38,686 nt of DNA from a virus (taxonomy: Duplodnaviria > Heunggongvirae > Uroviricota > Caudoviricetes). Position numbers and translations under genes: made by a program. Shown piece by piece: positions 26,640 to 36,406 of this stretch (position 1 is its first letter; each line of letters begins with the position of its first letter). Location of the stretch: the IMG/VR virus record IMGVR_UViG_2698536640_000025; one strand, given 5' to 3'. Under the pieces are notes generated by a model that was not told the origin of the DNA, did not search any database, and was given only the letters and a program-made list of their open reading frames with translations.

Positions 26640-27255
26640 CCGACTGCTGCCGCCATCATCGCCCTCCTTCCTGCATCATTCGGAACAGGGCGCTCAGCGC
26701 CTGTCAGAGCTGCCGATCCATATCAACACCCTCTGGAACCCCGACACCTGCCCAGCCCATCTGCTGCCATGGCTTGCCTGGGCGCTTTCCGTTGACCGCT
26801 GGGATGAAACATGGAGTGAAGAGGCACGTCGTCAGATCATCCGTGACTCGTGGCATATTCACCGCCACAAAGGCACCATCAGCGCCATGCGTCGGGCTGT
26901 GGAGCCCTTCGGCGCGATACTGAGTATTACAGAATGGTGGGAGAACAACGATCCGCCGGGGTCATTCAGGCTGGATATTGACATATCGGAGCGCGGACTG
27001 ACAGAGGAAACCCGGCAGGAGATGGAGCGAATGATTACCACCGTTCGCCCGGTAAGCCGACACCTTGCCGCCATGAAAATGACCTACGTTGCACGGGGTG
27101 TATCCCGCATAACCGGGGCCACGCTGACCGGGGAAACCATCGTGGTATATCCGGCAGCAGAACTGACAAGCCCGCTGTCAGTCAGTGGTGACATCCACCC
27201 GGGCGGAGTCACCTATGAAGGCATCACAGTAACCATCAGACCGGACAAGGAGTAA
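26623..27255 (+). CDS. I: Baseplate/tail protein, P2 gpI family
   Basis: 210 aa; follows J and precedes tail fibre H. Confidence 0.8.
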   Translation: MAPMNNRLLPPSSPSFLHHSEQGAQRLSELPIHINTLWNPDTCPAHLLPWLAWALSVDRWDETWSEEARRQIIRDSWHIHRHKGTISAMRRAVEPFGAILSITEWWENNDPPGSFRLDIDISERGLTEETRQEMERMITTVRPVSRHLAAMKMTYVARGVSRITGATLTGETIVVYPAAELTSPLSVSGDIHPGGVTYEGITVTIRPDKE

Positions 27256-28595
27256 TGATGGCCGCAAAATACAAAACCATTATCACAAATGCCGGCACAG
27301 CAGCCCTCGCAGCTGCGGTGTTACCGGATGGAGAAAAGATCACGCTGACACATATCGCCGTCGGAGACGGTAACGGTAAACCCACAGAACCACTGGCCAC
27401 GCAAACCGCTCTCGTTAAAGAGGTCTGGCGGGGCGAGGTCAGCAGGGTCAGCCGTGACGCGGAAAACACCAGTTTTTTAACCGCCGAAGTGATCATTCCT
27501 GCGAATGAAGGAGGATTCTGGATCCGCGAAATCGGTCTGTTTGACAGCAAAGGCACACTCATCGCCGTGGGTAATGTTGCGGAAGGTTACAAACCGCAGC
27601 TTGATGAGGGCTCAGGCAGAGAACAGGTATTCCGCATGGTGATTCTGCTGAGCAACGAAGCCTCTGTAAATCTGACAGCCGACTCATCAACCACCATGGC
27701 AACACAGGCTGGCGTGGCAGAAATGATAAAGCAGCATGAACAAAACGGTAAACACCCGGATGCCACAACCACCAGTAAAGGATTTACTCAGCTCAGTAGT
27801 GAAACCGACAGTGATGATGAAACCCGGGCAGCCACACCCAAAGCAATAAAAGCACTTAAGGCGCTGACAGTAACAAGACCAACAGCCCCCCTCGCCGTGG
27901 ATCTGAATACACTGGGGAGACCTGAACATCATGGTGACTACTATCAGCCCAACAACAACGGCGCCACTACAGCACATCACTACCCGGTAACATCAGCCGG
28001 ATCATTATCCATCAGGATGGGCGCATGGGGATTCTGCCAGCAGGAATACACCGCCTGGAATCCACCACGAAAATTTATCCGGACAGTGACAGGTAACTTC
28101 ACCGGCAACGGGCCATGGTCTGAATGGAAGGAGGTTGCCATACTCCCCCTCACGCAGACCGGCGACGCCTCCCTGACAGAGCGAGGTATTGTTCAGCTAA
28201 GCAGCGCAACGGACAGTGACAGTGAAGTGCTGGCTGCCACACCAAAAGCTGTGAAGACGGCCATGACGGCAGCAGAAAACGCCGGGCAGAAAGCACGGCA
28301 AGCACTGGAGGCTGCACAGGCAAAAACACAGCGGACACTCTGGGATGTGGGCAGCTTTATTCTGGCGGCAACGGATGCCGAAGGGGAGTGGCCAGCCAAA
28401 ATTGATATAACGGCCGGAAACACCCGCCCGGGCAGTAAACTCAGACTGATAAGCCTGACTCATTCCGAAGGCAACTTCGGCCCCCGTGAATCCATGCAAA
28501 ACTGGAACACAAACCGCAGGCCACCGGGCACGTGGCGGGCCTGCGCTGACATTTATGCAGGCGCAGGAATCGGAATATTTGAGCGCATTGCCTGA
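27255..28595 (+). CDS. H: Tail fibre protein, P2 gpH family (446 aa; shorter than P2 gpH, divergent C-terminus)
   Basis: Conserved N-terminus MMAAKYKTIITNAGTAALAAAV...; two copies of the fibre motif GxxQLSSxTDSDxExxAATPKAxK. Confidence 0.8.
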   Translation: MMAAKYKTIITNAGTAALAAAVLPDGEKITLTHIAVGDGNGKPTEPLATQTALVKEVWRGEVSRVSRDAENTSFLTAEVIIPANEGGFWIREIGLFDSKGTLIAVGNVAEGYKPQLDEGSGREQVFRMVILLSNEASVNLTADSSTTMATQAGVAEMIKQHEQNGKHPDATTTSKGFTQLSSETDSDDETRAATPKAIKALKALTVTRPTAPLAVDLNTLGRPEHHGDYYQPNNNGATTAHHYPVTSAGSLSIRMGAWGFCQQEYTAWNPPRKFIRTVTGNFTGNGPWSEWKEVAILPLTQTGDASLTERGIVQLSSATDSDSEVLAATPKAVKTAMTAAENAGQKARQALEAAQAKTQRTLWDVGSFILAATDAEGEWPAKIDITAGNTRPGSKLRLISLTHSEGNFGPRESMQNWNTNRRPPGTWRACADIYAGAGIGIFERIA

Positions 28596-28606
28596 CGGAG
28601 AGACTC

Positions 28607-29194
28607 ATGCACACAATCAAATCAGCAAGAAATGCCGCTTATAACCGTGACGGCACTATCGACTGTGAGATCCAGTTTGAAGGGGAGGAGAGCTGGCTGC
28701 CCTATACGGCAACCGAATATGACAACTCGCCACACGGCAAAAAACTCTGGGGCGAACTGAAAGCAGGAAATCACGGCCCTGTATCTGAATACCAGGAAAA
28801 CGACACTGACAGGGAAAACGCCAGACGCCTGAAAAACGACGAAATCAACGCCTGGCGTAATGCGATGGAAGCGGCGAGTTACACCTTTGAACATAACGGC
28901 AGGAAATGGGACTACGGGAAGTCAACGCAGGCCCGCCTTGAGCCTTCCGTTGCTGCCGCAAAAGCGGGGATCCTGCCGCTGGATTTTTTCTGGACTGATG
29001 CACAGAACAACGATGTTCCTGTTTCTGCTGATGAGCTGATTGCCCTCAGCGATGCAGCCGCAAAAGCCCTGTTTGCCAAAGGGATGGAAATTCACATTCG
29101 CCAGCGTAACATGAAAAAAGAGATCGCCGCCCTGAACGATACGGCGGCGATTCTGGACTATAAGGTTGGCTGGGGAAAAGAAGCCGAAGCCTGA
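28607..29194 (+). CDS. G: Tail fibre assembly protein (gpG/Tfa family)
   Basis: 195 aa; position after H; Tfa-like C-terminal region (WTDAQNNDVPVSADEL...). Confidence 0.75.
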   Translation: MHTIKSARNAAYNRDGTIDCEIQFEGEESWLPYTATEYDNSPHGKKLWGELKAGNHGPVSEYQENDTDRENARRLKNDEINAWRNAMEAASYTFEHNGRKWDYGKSTQARLEPSVAAAKAGILPLDFFWTDAQNNDVPVSADELIALSDAAAKALFAKGMEIHIRQRNMKKEIAALNDTAAILDYKVGWGKEAEA

Positions 29195-29204
29195 ACAGTG
29201 ACCT

Positions 29205-29696
29205 TCACAACATGAGACCAGACAGCGCAGAGGACGCCGACGACAGGGCCGACGACGCGCTGTTTTTTAATCCTGCCATCAGATCACCCACCGAGCCCGA
29301 CTGAAGACGCTCACGCAGATCTTCATTGCATCGCTGAAAGCTGACAGTGAACTCAATTTTGCGGGCCATGCCATAGCGATCCAGCTCCTGACGGGTGGTC
29401 CTGATTTCCGTAATGACATACATCCCGTAAATCTGTCCGACACCATCAATCAGTGGCCAGGGTAATCCTGTGTAGGCCAGGGTGTTCAGGGCAGTCAGTG
29501 ACACCTCCCCGCCGGTGATTTCCGGACAGAGCACACCGGACATCGTGATGTGATCTTCACCAGAGCCAATATACTGCCAGGAGGATGAACGGTTAACCCG
29601 TTCATTACTGACGTGTCGCCAGCGTTTACTCTGTTCCACCTGCTGATGCGGCAGGGTACTTAACTGAAACACAAACATCCCATAAATCATCATCAT
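29205..29696 (-). CDS. U: Tail protein, P2 gpU family
   Basis: Track ORF 29205..29741; internal ATG start (MMMIYGMFVFQLSTLP) matching the P2 gpU N-terminus. Confidence 0.75.
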   Translation of the reverse strand: MMMIYGMFVFQLSTLPHQQVEQSKRWRHVSNERVNRSSSWQYIGSGEDHITMSGVLCPEITGGEVSLTALNTLAYTGLPWPLIDGVGQIYGMYVITEIRTTRQELDRYGMARKIEFTVSFQRCNEDLRERLQSGSVGDLMAGLKNSASSALSSASSALSGLML

Positions 29697-29706
29697 CTTT
29701 TTCACC

Positions 29707-32535
29707 TCAGTCGCGATCGCGGAAGCTGCCGGTTCCGGCACGTGCCATTCTGTTCATTTCCGCCCTGACAGCGTCACCAACCATGCGCGCCAGTTCCCGG
29801 GGATTATGCGAACTCACCCCGTGAAGATGCACATGTATCTCCCCCTGAAAGGCGCTGGCGAAGGTTTCCTGCTGGTGCATTCGTGGCGCCGGGCGTGCCG
29901 TCGGCCATTGCTGCACCTGAATCTCCTCCTGTGGCAGCGCGCGCATTCCGCCGGAAGACGGCGCAACGACAGGTTCATGCCACTGCCCCCGGACCGCCAG
30001 CGCCCGTGGAAGATGTTTAAACACAATATCTCCGGGTCCGATACGTTTACGGTTTTCAGCCAGCAGACCACCGGTATTCCCCTCAATGCCTTTCAGGTGA
30101 CGGAGAACGTTACGGTTACCGTCCGGCGCTATCCCCGCAGGGAGCGCCACCGGCGGAGGCTGTGTACCGGAGGCGCCGGAAGGCACACTGGCCCCACCAG
30201 GAGGCGACCAGTGCCACGCCTTCTGAACCATTTTTTTCTGTTCCGGATCCCACTCCCATGCCACCGGCGTTTTACGGGCCTCATCCAGTTTTCGCTTAAC
30301 CCGCTCAGCTTCACCGGGCAGAACACCGAGTTTTTCCAGCACCCACGCCAGACCGTCAATCAGAGCTTTCAGGGGCGAAAAAACCGTGGCTAACGCACCG
30401 GCCAGAGTACTCCCGAACATCTGCCCGGCAGAGGTGCACTGCTCAAGCAAATCACGCGTGGAGGAGACCGGCGTTAACAGGGATTTAAACCATCCCAGAA
30501 TACGGGACAGTGCCCCTGAAACCAGATCCAGCAGCGGCGCAAAACGGGAGGCTGTCGCCATGAAGGGCGCCAGTGCTGACTGTACCCCTTCAATAAATCC
30601 GCTCACAAACGCCCTGACCCGATCCCAGTAGCGCCAGATCAGCAGAGCACCACCGACCAGGGCTCCCACCGCCACCACAACCGGCCAGGTCAGCGCCCCC
30701 AGCGCAGCCCCCACGGCTGAAATCACACCCGTCAGTCCGCCAAACAGCGTACCGGCAACAGAGAGTCCGGCCGGGATCGCGCGAAGCAGGGCAAGCCCCA
30801 GACGCAGTTTCAGTAACGGTGCGACAACCATCCAGGCCGCAACGGACAACGCCCCCATCGCTGTGGTTAACGCCAGCACCGCTCCCGTCGTCAGCGCAAT
30901 CATTCGCACCAGTTCCGGATGCGCATTCACCCACGCCTGCAGACGCTCACCCCACGCTGTGGCCATCCGGACAAGCCCACGCAGATCGTCCGTAATCTCC
31001 CCGATAATCCCACTTCTCAGCGCGCTGAACGTCCCGGTAAGCCGCGCCACATCACCACTCAGATTGTCACGCAGGGTTTGCCCCATCCGGTCCGCCACAC
31101 CAGACACGTCAGCCATACGGTCAGACACCCGCGCCAGCGCGCCAAGAAAGGCAGGGATTTGATCGACAGACAGATCTTCAACCGGTGTACCAAAAAGTGC
31201 GATGGCCGCATTGGCCCGCTCAGCCGGATCGACGATCTGCAACAGACCCGAGGCTGTTTTCTGCAGCGCAGCCCGTGCAGCCGTTCCACCACTGGCTACA
31301 GCCGATGACATCCTGGCTGCATCCAGCCCGATAAGCGCATACGCTTCAGCACTCGCCTTTGACATATCGGAGCCGCGAATACTGAACTCCTTGATGGCAT
31401 CGCCGGTTTTATCCAGCGCAAACTTCCCCTGCTGCGCCATATCCGCAAGGAGCGTCATGGTTTCCGACCCTGTCAGCCCCATGTTACGAAAATGGGTCGA
31501 ATACTCGTGAAGGATCTCAGGCAGCTCATCGCGCATAACCGGCCCCATGCGCTGCATGCCCGCCACCATCAGATCAACCGCCTCGTCACTGCTGCGTGCA
31601 AGACCGTTTTTGATCATGATGGCAGCCGCCTGAATGTGCTGCGGGATATCGCCCCCCATCACGGCCTGCATATCCAGCATTTTTCGGGTGATTCGGGTCA
31701 GTTCATTCTCACTAACCGCCCCCAGCCCACCCAGAGTGGAGCGGACAGCACCCACAGCTTCAGCCGCCAGTTGTGCATCCGGTGTGATACCGGTATGAAC
31801 CATGTGGTTTATAACCCCGGTATACCCCACGGCATCTGACGCGCCCTCTCCTGCCTGAGCCGCAATGACGGCACCATGACGCTGGAGATCCATCACCGGC
31901 GCAACAGCACGCCCGCCAGCGTAAAGTCCTGCTGCACCGGCAGCCAGTGCCGCCGCACCGGCATTACGTATCCGCCCGAGTCGCTCCTGCGCCTGTTCAT
32001 AGCGTTGCTGTGCACGGGTCACCTGTGCGAGCGCCTGCCGCTGTCGCGCCAGCTCTTCGTTATACTCTGCCGTCCGGCGAATGGCTGCCTGTATGGTCTG
32101 ACTGCTGCCCTCTGCGGCAATACCGTGTCTCTCCAGCTCCCGGCGTGAATCCTCCAGGCGTCGCTGATGTACATCCCTCACCCGGTTCAGACGTTCAAGC
32201 CGGGTGGTCAGCGAAGCCATCATTTCACGCTGCCGTTCACTGAGCACGGTACCCTCACGCTCCGCCTGCTGCAGACGGTTCAGTTGCTGCTGAACAGCGG
32301 CAATTTTCCGGGTGGCTTCGTCAAATTTAGTCTGTGCCGCAGCAAAGGCTTCACTCTGCCGTTCAAGCGAGCGGATGGAGTCCTGAGTTTCACGGAGGGA
32401 ATCAGAAAGCGCGCCCACGGTTTCGCGGGCGCGCCTGAGAGGTTGTGTCAGGGTGTCTGCCGCCGCCAGAGCAACCCTGATATGCAGATTATTCATCATG
32501 ATTGTGACTTCCGCTTCTGGCAGCCGCCCGCTCAC
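29707..32535 (-). CDS. T: Tail tape measure protein, P2 gpT family
   Basis: 942 aa; coiled-coil N-terminal region and Gly/Ala-rich hydrophobic central segments; GTG start. Confidence 0.85.
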   Translation of the reverse strand: MSGRLPEAEVTIMMNNLHIRVALAAADTLTQPLRRARETVGALSDSLRETQDSIRSLERQSEAFAAAQTKFDEATRKIAAVQQQLNRLQQAEREGTVLSERQREMMASLTTRLERLNRVRDVHQRRLEDSRRELERHGIAAEGSSQTIQAAIRRTAEYNEELARQRQALAQVTRAQQRYEQAQERLGRIRNAGAAALAAGAAGLYAGGRAVAPVMDLQRHGAVIAAQAGEGASDAVGYTGVINHMVHTGITPDAQLAAEAVGAVRSTLGGLGAVSENELTRITRKMLDMQAVMGGDIPQHIQAAAIMIKNGLARSSDEAVDLMVAGMQRMGPVMRDELPEILHEYSTHFRNMGLTGSETMTLLADMAQQGKFALDKTGDAIKEFSIRGSDMSKASAEAYALIGLDAARMSSAVASGGTAARAALQKTASGLLQIVDPAERANAAIALFGTPVEDLSVDQIPAFLGALARVSDRMADVSGVADRMGQTLRDNLSGDVARLTGTFSALRSGIIGEITDDLRGLVRMATAWGERLQAWVNAHPELVRMIALTTGAVLALTTAMGALSVAAWMVVAPLLKLRLGLALLRAIPAGLSVAGTLFGGLTGVISAVGAALGALTWPVVVAVGALVGGALLIWRYWDRVRAFVSGFIEGVQSALAPFMATASRFAPLLDLVSGALSRILGWFKSLLTPVSSTRDLLEQCTSAGQMFGSTLAGALATVFSPLKALIDGLAWVLEKLGVLPGEAERVKRKLDEARKTPVAWEWDPEQKKMVQKAWHWSPPGGASVPSGASGTQPPPVALPAGIAPDGNRNVLRHLKGIEGNTGGLLAENRKRIGPGDIVFKHLPRALAVRGQWHEPVVAPSSGGMRALPQEEIQVQQWPTARPAPRMHQQETFASAFQGEIHVHLHGVSSHNPRELARMVGDAVRAEMNRMARAGTGSFRDRD

Positions 32536-32704
32536 GCCAGGCGACCACCTCTGCAGGCGTCATTGCAAATATCTCTGCGGGCGGCCAGTTAAAAATAACA
32601 GCAATATCCGCAACGGGATCTTCAATACAGTCAAAGCAAAGACAGGTTACGGCTCTGCCGTGTTCTCCGGTGCCGGTGCATTCGACCCCGAGGGTGCGAA
32701 AAAA
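32495..32704 (-). other. Programmed -1 frameshift extension (E' / gpE+E') with slippery heptamer TTTTTTC at about 32698..32704
   Basis: The -1 frame after the slippery site stays open for about 68 codons and ends overlapping the T start, as in P2 E/E'. Confidence 0.5.
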
Positions 32705-33036
32705 TTAACCGCCGCCGAGCTCAGCGCCGTAAAATCCGCCGTATTCATGGCATACATTTCGGCCTCCTTAAGTTTTGGCTCTGTCACACGCGCAAGCCAG
32801 GTGACCATGGCATCACAGTTCATGTTGTAAAGCGCAAGCAAAGACAGCCCACGCAGCGATCCGGCCTGATTCGCCAGCGGTCCGATTTTAATTTCACTGT
32901 ACGACACATCTCCGCGCACAACAGGCACCGTCAGCTTCACCACGTTCTTAGGTGCAGCCGTAGCGGCAACCGCCACCGCGGAAGCCTCCCCGTTACTGAC
33001 GGCAGTGTCAGTGGTCATTTCCGTTTCTTTATCCAT
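32647..33036 (-). CDS. E: Tail assembly chaperone, P2 gpE family
   Basis: 129 aa; GGAG RBS; sits between tube FII and tape measure T; contains the frameshift site near its 3' end. Confidence 0.7.
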   Translation of the reverse strand: MDKETEMTTDTAVSNGEASAVAVAATAAPKNVVKLTVPVVRGDVSYSEIKIGPLANQAGSLRGLSLLALYNMNCDAMVTWLARVTEPKLKEAEMYAMNTADFTALSSAAVNFFAPSGSNAPAPENTAEP

Positions 33037-33083
33037 TTTCAGTCTCCACGGCTGGATCCCCGCCGTTCTCTGTTAAACAATAA

Positions 33084-33593
33084 TCAGAAGCCCAGCATCG
33101 AGCGGGTGCGATCCGGCAGCACATCCTTACCGTCAATGCGCCAGATAAAATTCAGCACATCAAATTCGATTTTTTCCCGATCATCCACGCTCAGTCTGTA
33201 CCAGGTGTTTTTCATCGAATAACTGTGCTCAGTGTCTTCACCCTGCTTCGCCTCCCCCATATCGATTTCAGTGATGCGCCCGCGGACCTCAATATCCACA
33301 TATCTGATATCCGCATCCGAATAGTACTCACCGGAAAAGCGAAGACGGACTTCATCAAGTGACCCGGCATAACGGGAGAAAAGGTGGGCATCTGCGCCGC
33401 CTACCGCAAAAGAGAGATCCAGTGCACCATCATCAAGACCAAAGTCGACGGAAACACTGCCGGGCATCCCGGCACCACGGAAGGACTCCGTTTTTCGGGT
33501 CAGTTTAGGCGGCGTGAAGGACGTCACCCGCCCCAGCTTGTTTTCGCCATCGATGTACACCGTGAAAACGCGAAGTTTGTTTGGTACCGCCAT
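33084..33593 (-). CDS. FII: Tail tube protein, P2 gpFII family
   Basis: 169 aa; immediately downstream of sheath gene FI. Confidence 0.85.
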   Translation of the reverse strand: MAVPNKLRVFTVYIDGENKLGRVTSFTPPKLTRKTESFRGAGMPGSVSVDFGLDDGALDLSFAVGGADAHLFSRYAGSLDEVRLRFSGEYYSDADIRYVDIEVRGRITEIDMGEAKQGEDTEHSYSMKNTWYRLSVDDREKIEFDVLNFIWRIDGKDVLPDRTRSMLGF

Positions 33594-34789
33594 TACTCAC
33601 CTCCCAGTGATGCAAATGCACCGTCAAAGAACTCATCAGTAAACGTCTGGTGAAGCTCCAGATCTTCAAGCGGTGGTACCGGCGTATATCTGTAGCGGAT
33701 CCGCACAATCCCCTGACGCAGATCCGTTGTGCCGTTATCCACCACGTCATACCAGCACTCTGCCCCGATAAGTTTACCCGCTGTCACAAGGGCACTCAGT
33801 TTTGCCCGGATATCGCTTAACACATCCTTCACGTTCGACGGCGTCAGCGGCTTGTCCACGGTTTCAAACTGCGATTCGGCGATGGTATCCGCCAGCGACT
33901 GCGCCGTACGCGTGTAGGTCTCAAAGGTGTAGGTAGTGGTGTCGAGAGTCCGGTTACCCCAGAAACGGAAGCCGTTACGTTTAATGAGTGTGGTGATCTC
34001 CTTGTCATTGAGGGTTTCCGCGTCACTGTCCTCTGCCTGGAGCGACCAGAACACCGGCACAGAAATACCCAGGACATTATTCACTGCCACATTGGACAGG
34101 GATTTATGCCAGCCCTGCTCGTGGTCAATCTTCGCACGCAACCCGCACGCATACGCAGATGCAGGAAAAGCCTCATTCTGGCCACTGTTAGGGTTGTACG
34201 CGATAAAATCAGGCCAGATCAGCATAACTTCACGGTGAGCAAGATCGGCGCGCCAGGTGACAGCCTCCTGCACGGTATTACAGCCGGGACAGCCCGCATA
34301 CACAAAGGCACGCAGCTTTTTCGCGACGGTTACCAGTGCCGCCACCACCTCTTTGGTGTCAAGCGATGGCACAGCCAGGATCCTGGGACGAACACCAACA
34401 GCCTCATTCTGTTCAGCCACCAGGAGCGCCTGCATGCCTGTATAGGTTCCGTCATTTTTGACCTCACCAATAACAAGCTGCGTTTGTGTCGGCTGACCAT
34501 CCCCCTCCTTCGCAGCAGCAACCCGCACCACAACAACTCTGGTGCTGACCTGATCGGCAATAGCTTTCAGACTTTTGTACAGCGTGCCGGTTTTCCCGGC
34601 CTTACCCAGCACATCCATAACGCGCGTCAGGAGCACCGGCTTATCCAGCGGAAATGTTTTTGCATCAGCATCATCAGCAACAGCCACGATACCAATCACA
34701 CTGGAGTCAATATCATTAATGGCCGTGACCAGATCCGCATTCTCCCGGACCCGCACGCCATGGAAACGGGTTTCAGCCATATTATTCAC
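33593..34789 (-). CDS. FI: Contractile tail sheath protein, P2 gpFI family
   Basis: 398 aa; strong similarity to P2 FI (LRAKIDHEQGWHKSLSNV, GFRFWGNRT, YTPVPPLEDL). Confidence 0.9.
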   Translation of the reverse strand: MNNMAETRFHGVRVRENADLVTAINDIDSSVIGIVAVADDADAKTFPLDKPVLLTRVMDVLGKAGKTGTLYKSLKAIADQVSTRVVVVRVAAAKEGDGQPTQTQLVIGEVKNDGTYTGMQALLVAEQNEAVGVRPRILAVPSLDTKEVVAALVTVAKKLRAFVYAGCPGCNTVQEAVTWRADLAHREVMLIWPDFIAYNPNSGQNEAFPASAYACGLRAKIDHEQGWHKSLSNVAVNNVLGISVPVFWSLQAEDSDAETLNDKEITTLIKRNGFRFWGNRTLDTTTYTFETYTRTAQSLADTIAESQFETVDKPLTPSNVKDVLSDIRAKLSALVTAGKLIGAECWYDVVDNGTTDLRQGIVRIRYRYTPVPPLEDLELHQTFTDEFFDGAFASLGGE

Positions 34790-34892
34790 CCTGCATTCGT
34801 GTGAGTTCAGCAGAGATCTTTACGAACACGGGGAGCTTTTTCACGAACTGCGGTTTCTCGCAATACACATACAACCCAAACTCATTCCGGTG

Positions 34893-34910
34893 GTGTTTCT
34901 GGTATGCAAC
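34893..34910. promoter_or_regulatory. Near-consensus late-activator dyad (TGT-N12-ACT) about 110 nt upstream of the leftward FI start
   Basis: TGTttctggtatgcaACT read in the FI/D divergent intergenic region; one mismatch to TGT-N12-ACA. Confidence 0.25.
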
Positions 34911-34934
34911 TGTGGCGGGAAAAACGGAGGAATT

Positions 34935-36059
34935 ATGGTATTGCTGAACGGTAACACGGTTTATTCCCCCCTGAAAGAACTGGTGAAAATGCCTGATTTC
35001 AGCGTTTCACTGGACAGGGAGCAGGATAAAAACACACTTCAGGAACTGAATAACCGGGTGATATCGCTTTCCATGACAGACAACCGGGGGTTTGAAGCAG
35101 ACAGGGTCACTCTTGTGCTGGATGATGCCGACGGGCAGCTGGCTCTCCCCGGGCGGGGAACACACATCAGAGTCATGCTGGGATGGAAGGGAGAACCTCT
35201 GGTTGATAAAGGCACCTACATTGTTGATGAGGTCGCTCATGAAGGACCTCCGGAGCGGCTGACACTGAGTGCAAACAGCGCAGACTTCAGGGAGGAATTT
35301 AACGTCAAACGGGAAGTATCCTGGCACGACGTGACTGTTGAACGCGTGGTTTCCGCTATTGCCCACCGTTACGGACTGAAAGCCCAGATAAGCGATATGC
35401 TTATGGATATTGAAATCGATCATGCCGACCAGACGGAAGAAAGCGACATATCATTCCTTACCCGCATGGCTGATATGCTGGGAGCCATCACTACCGTCAA
35501 AAATGGCTGTCTGCTGTTCATTCTGCCGGGTGGCGGCGTGACAGCTGACGGGCGCCCACTCCCCTCATTTGCACTGGCACGCAGTGACGGAGACAGTCAC
35601 CAGTTCAGAATAGCCGATCGCCAGGCATACACAGGGGTGAAGGCGTACTGGCTGGATTTGAATCATGGCAAAAAGAAAGCCGTCAACATAAAAAAACGAA
35701 AAACTCACGCTGAAAAGAGCAGCAGCCGGGAAGGCAGCTACATGGAGGGGGCAGAAGGTAACGTGTTCGTTCTGAGAAAAACCTACCCAAATGAAATTGC
35801 TGCACAGCGCGCAGCTGCCGCCAGGTGGCAGCAATTACAGCGCGGTGCGGCTGAATTCTCCATCACGCTGGCCCGGGGCAGAGCGGAGCTTTACCCTGAA
35901 ATGCATGGCACGGTAACCGGCTTTAAAACCGAAATAGACAATCAGGACTGGCTCATTGCAAAAGTGGAACACAATATCGACGGAAGCGGCTTCACCACAA
36001 GGCTTGAACTGGAGGCAAGAATACCCGAGTGGATAGCCGAAAAGGAAAGCAATGGTTAG
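34935..36059 (+). CDS. D: Tail protein D, P2 gpD family
   Basis: Track ORF 34575..36059; internal ATG with GGAGGA RBS; about 374 aa. Confidence 0.85.
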   Translation: MVLLNGNTVYSPLKELVKMPDFSVSLDREQDKNTLQELNNRVISLSMTDNRGFEADRVTLVLDDADGQLALPGRGTHIRVMLGWKGEPLVDKGTYIVDEVAHEGPPERLTLSANSADFREEFNVKREVSWHDVTVERVVSAIAHRYGLKAQISDMLMDIEIDHADQTEESDISFLTRMADMLGAITTVKNGCLLFILPGGGVTADGRPLPSFALARSDGDSHQFRIADRQAYTGVKAYWLDLNHGKKKAVNIKKRKTHAEKSSSREGSYMEGAEGNVFVLRKTYPNEIAAQRAAAARWQQLQRGAAEFSITLARGRAELYPEMHGTVTGFKTEIDNQDWLIAKVEHNIDGSGFTTRLELEARIPEWIAEKESNG

Positions 36060-36103
36060 AATGGCGACGAGTTCAACCCCAGTTCAGCCAGGGGGGTATA
36101 TCA

Positions 36104-36406
36104 ATGTTTCATTGTCCATTCTGCGGCGCATCTGCCCGGATCCGTACCAGTAAAGCCGCCAATGATACCGGCACCATCCGCTACAAATACTATCAGTGCA
36201 ATAACCTTGAGTGCAGCGCCACATTTTCAACAATGGAAAGTGTGCACAGAATTATTGGCCAGCCTCAGTTGATCTTCCACGATAAAGATATTCCACGGGA
36301 GACAATGCGCAAATCCCATCAGGGACGCAGTCAGTTAACGCTACAACTGGAGGATTGCGGTATGGCTTTAAAACCAGTACATTACGCGCGGGTGCCTTTC
36401 GGCTGA
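36104..36406 (+). CDS. ogr: Late transcription activator, Ogr/Delta zinc-finger family, with C-terminal extension (about 100 aa vs 72 in P2)
   Basis: MFHCPFCG...(22)...CNNLEC = CX2C-X22-CX4C zinc finger; the last about 9 codons are encoded by the first hok repeat. Confidence 0.75.
   Translation: MFHCPFCGASARIRTSKAANDTGTIRYKYYQCNNLECSATFSTMESVHRIIGQPQLIFHDKDIPRETMRKSHQGRSQLTLQLEDCGMALKPVHYARVPFG

Larger units (their letters stand above)
582..36406. mobile_element. P2-like (Peduovirus-type) prophage from integrase to Ogr-like gene. Exact att boundaries unresolved; the right end could extend to about 37290 if the hok loci are phage cargo.
   Basis: Gene content and order match the P2 prophage map: int-C leftward, cox-like to A rightward, Q-P leftward, O-N-M-L-X-lysis-R-S-V-W-J-I-H-G, FI-FII-E-T-U, D, ogr. 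Confidence 0.85.
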
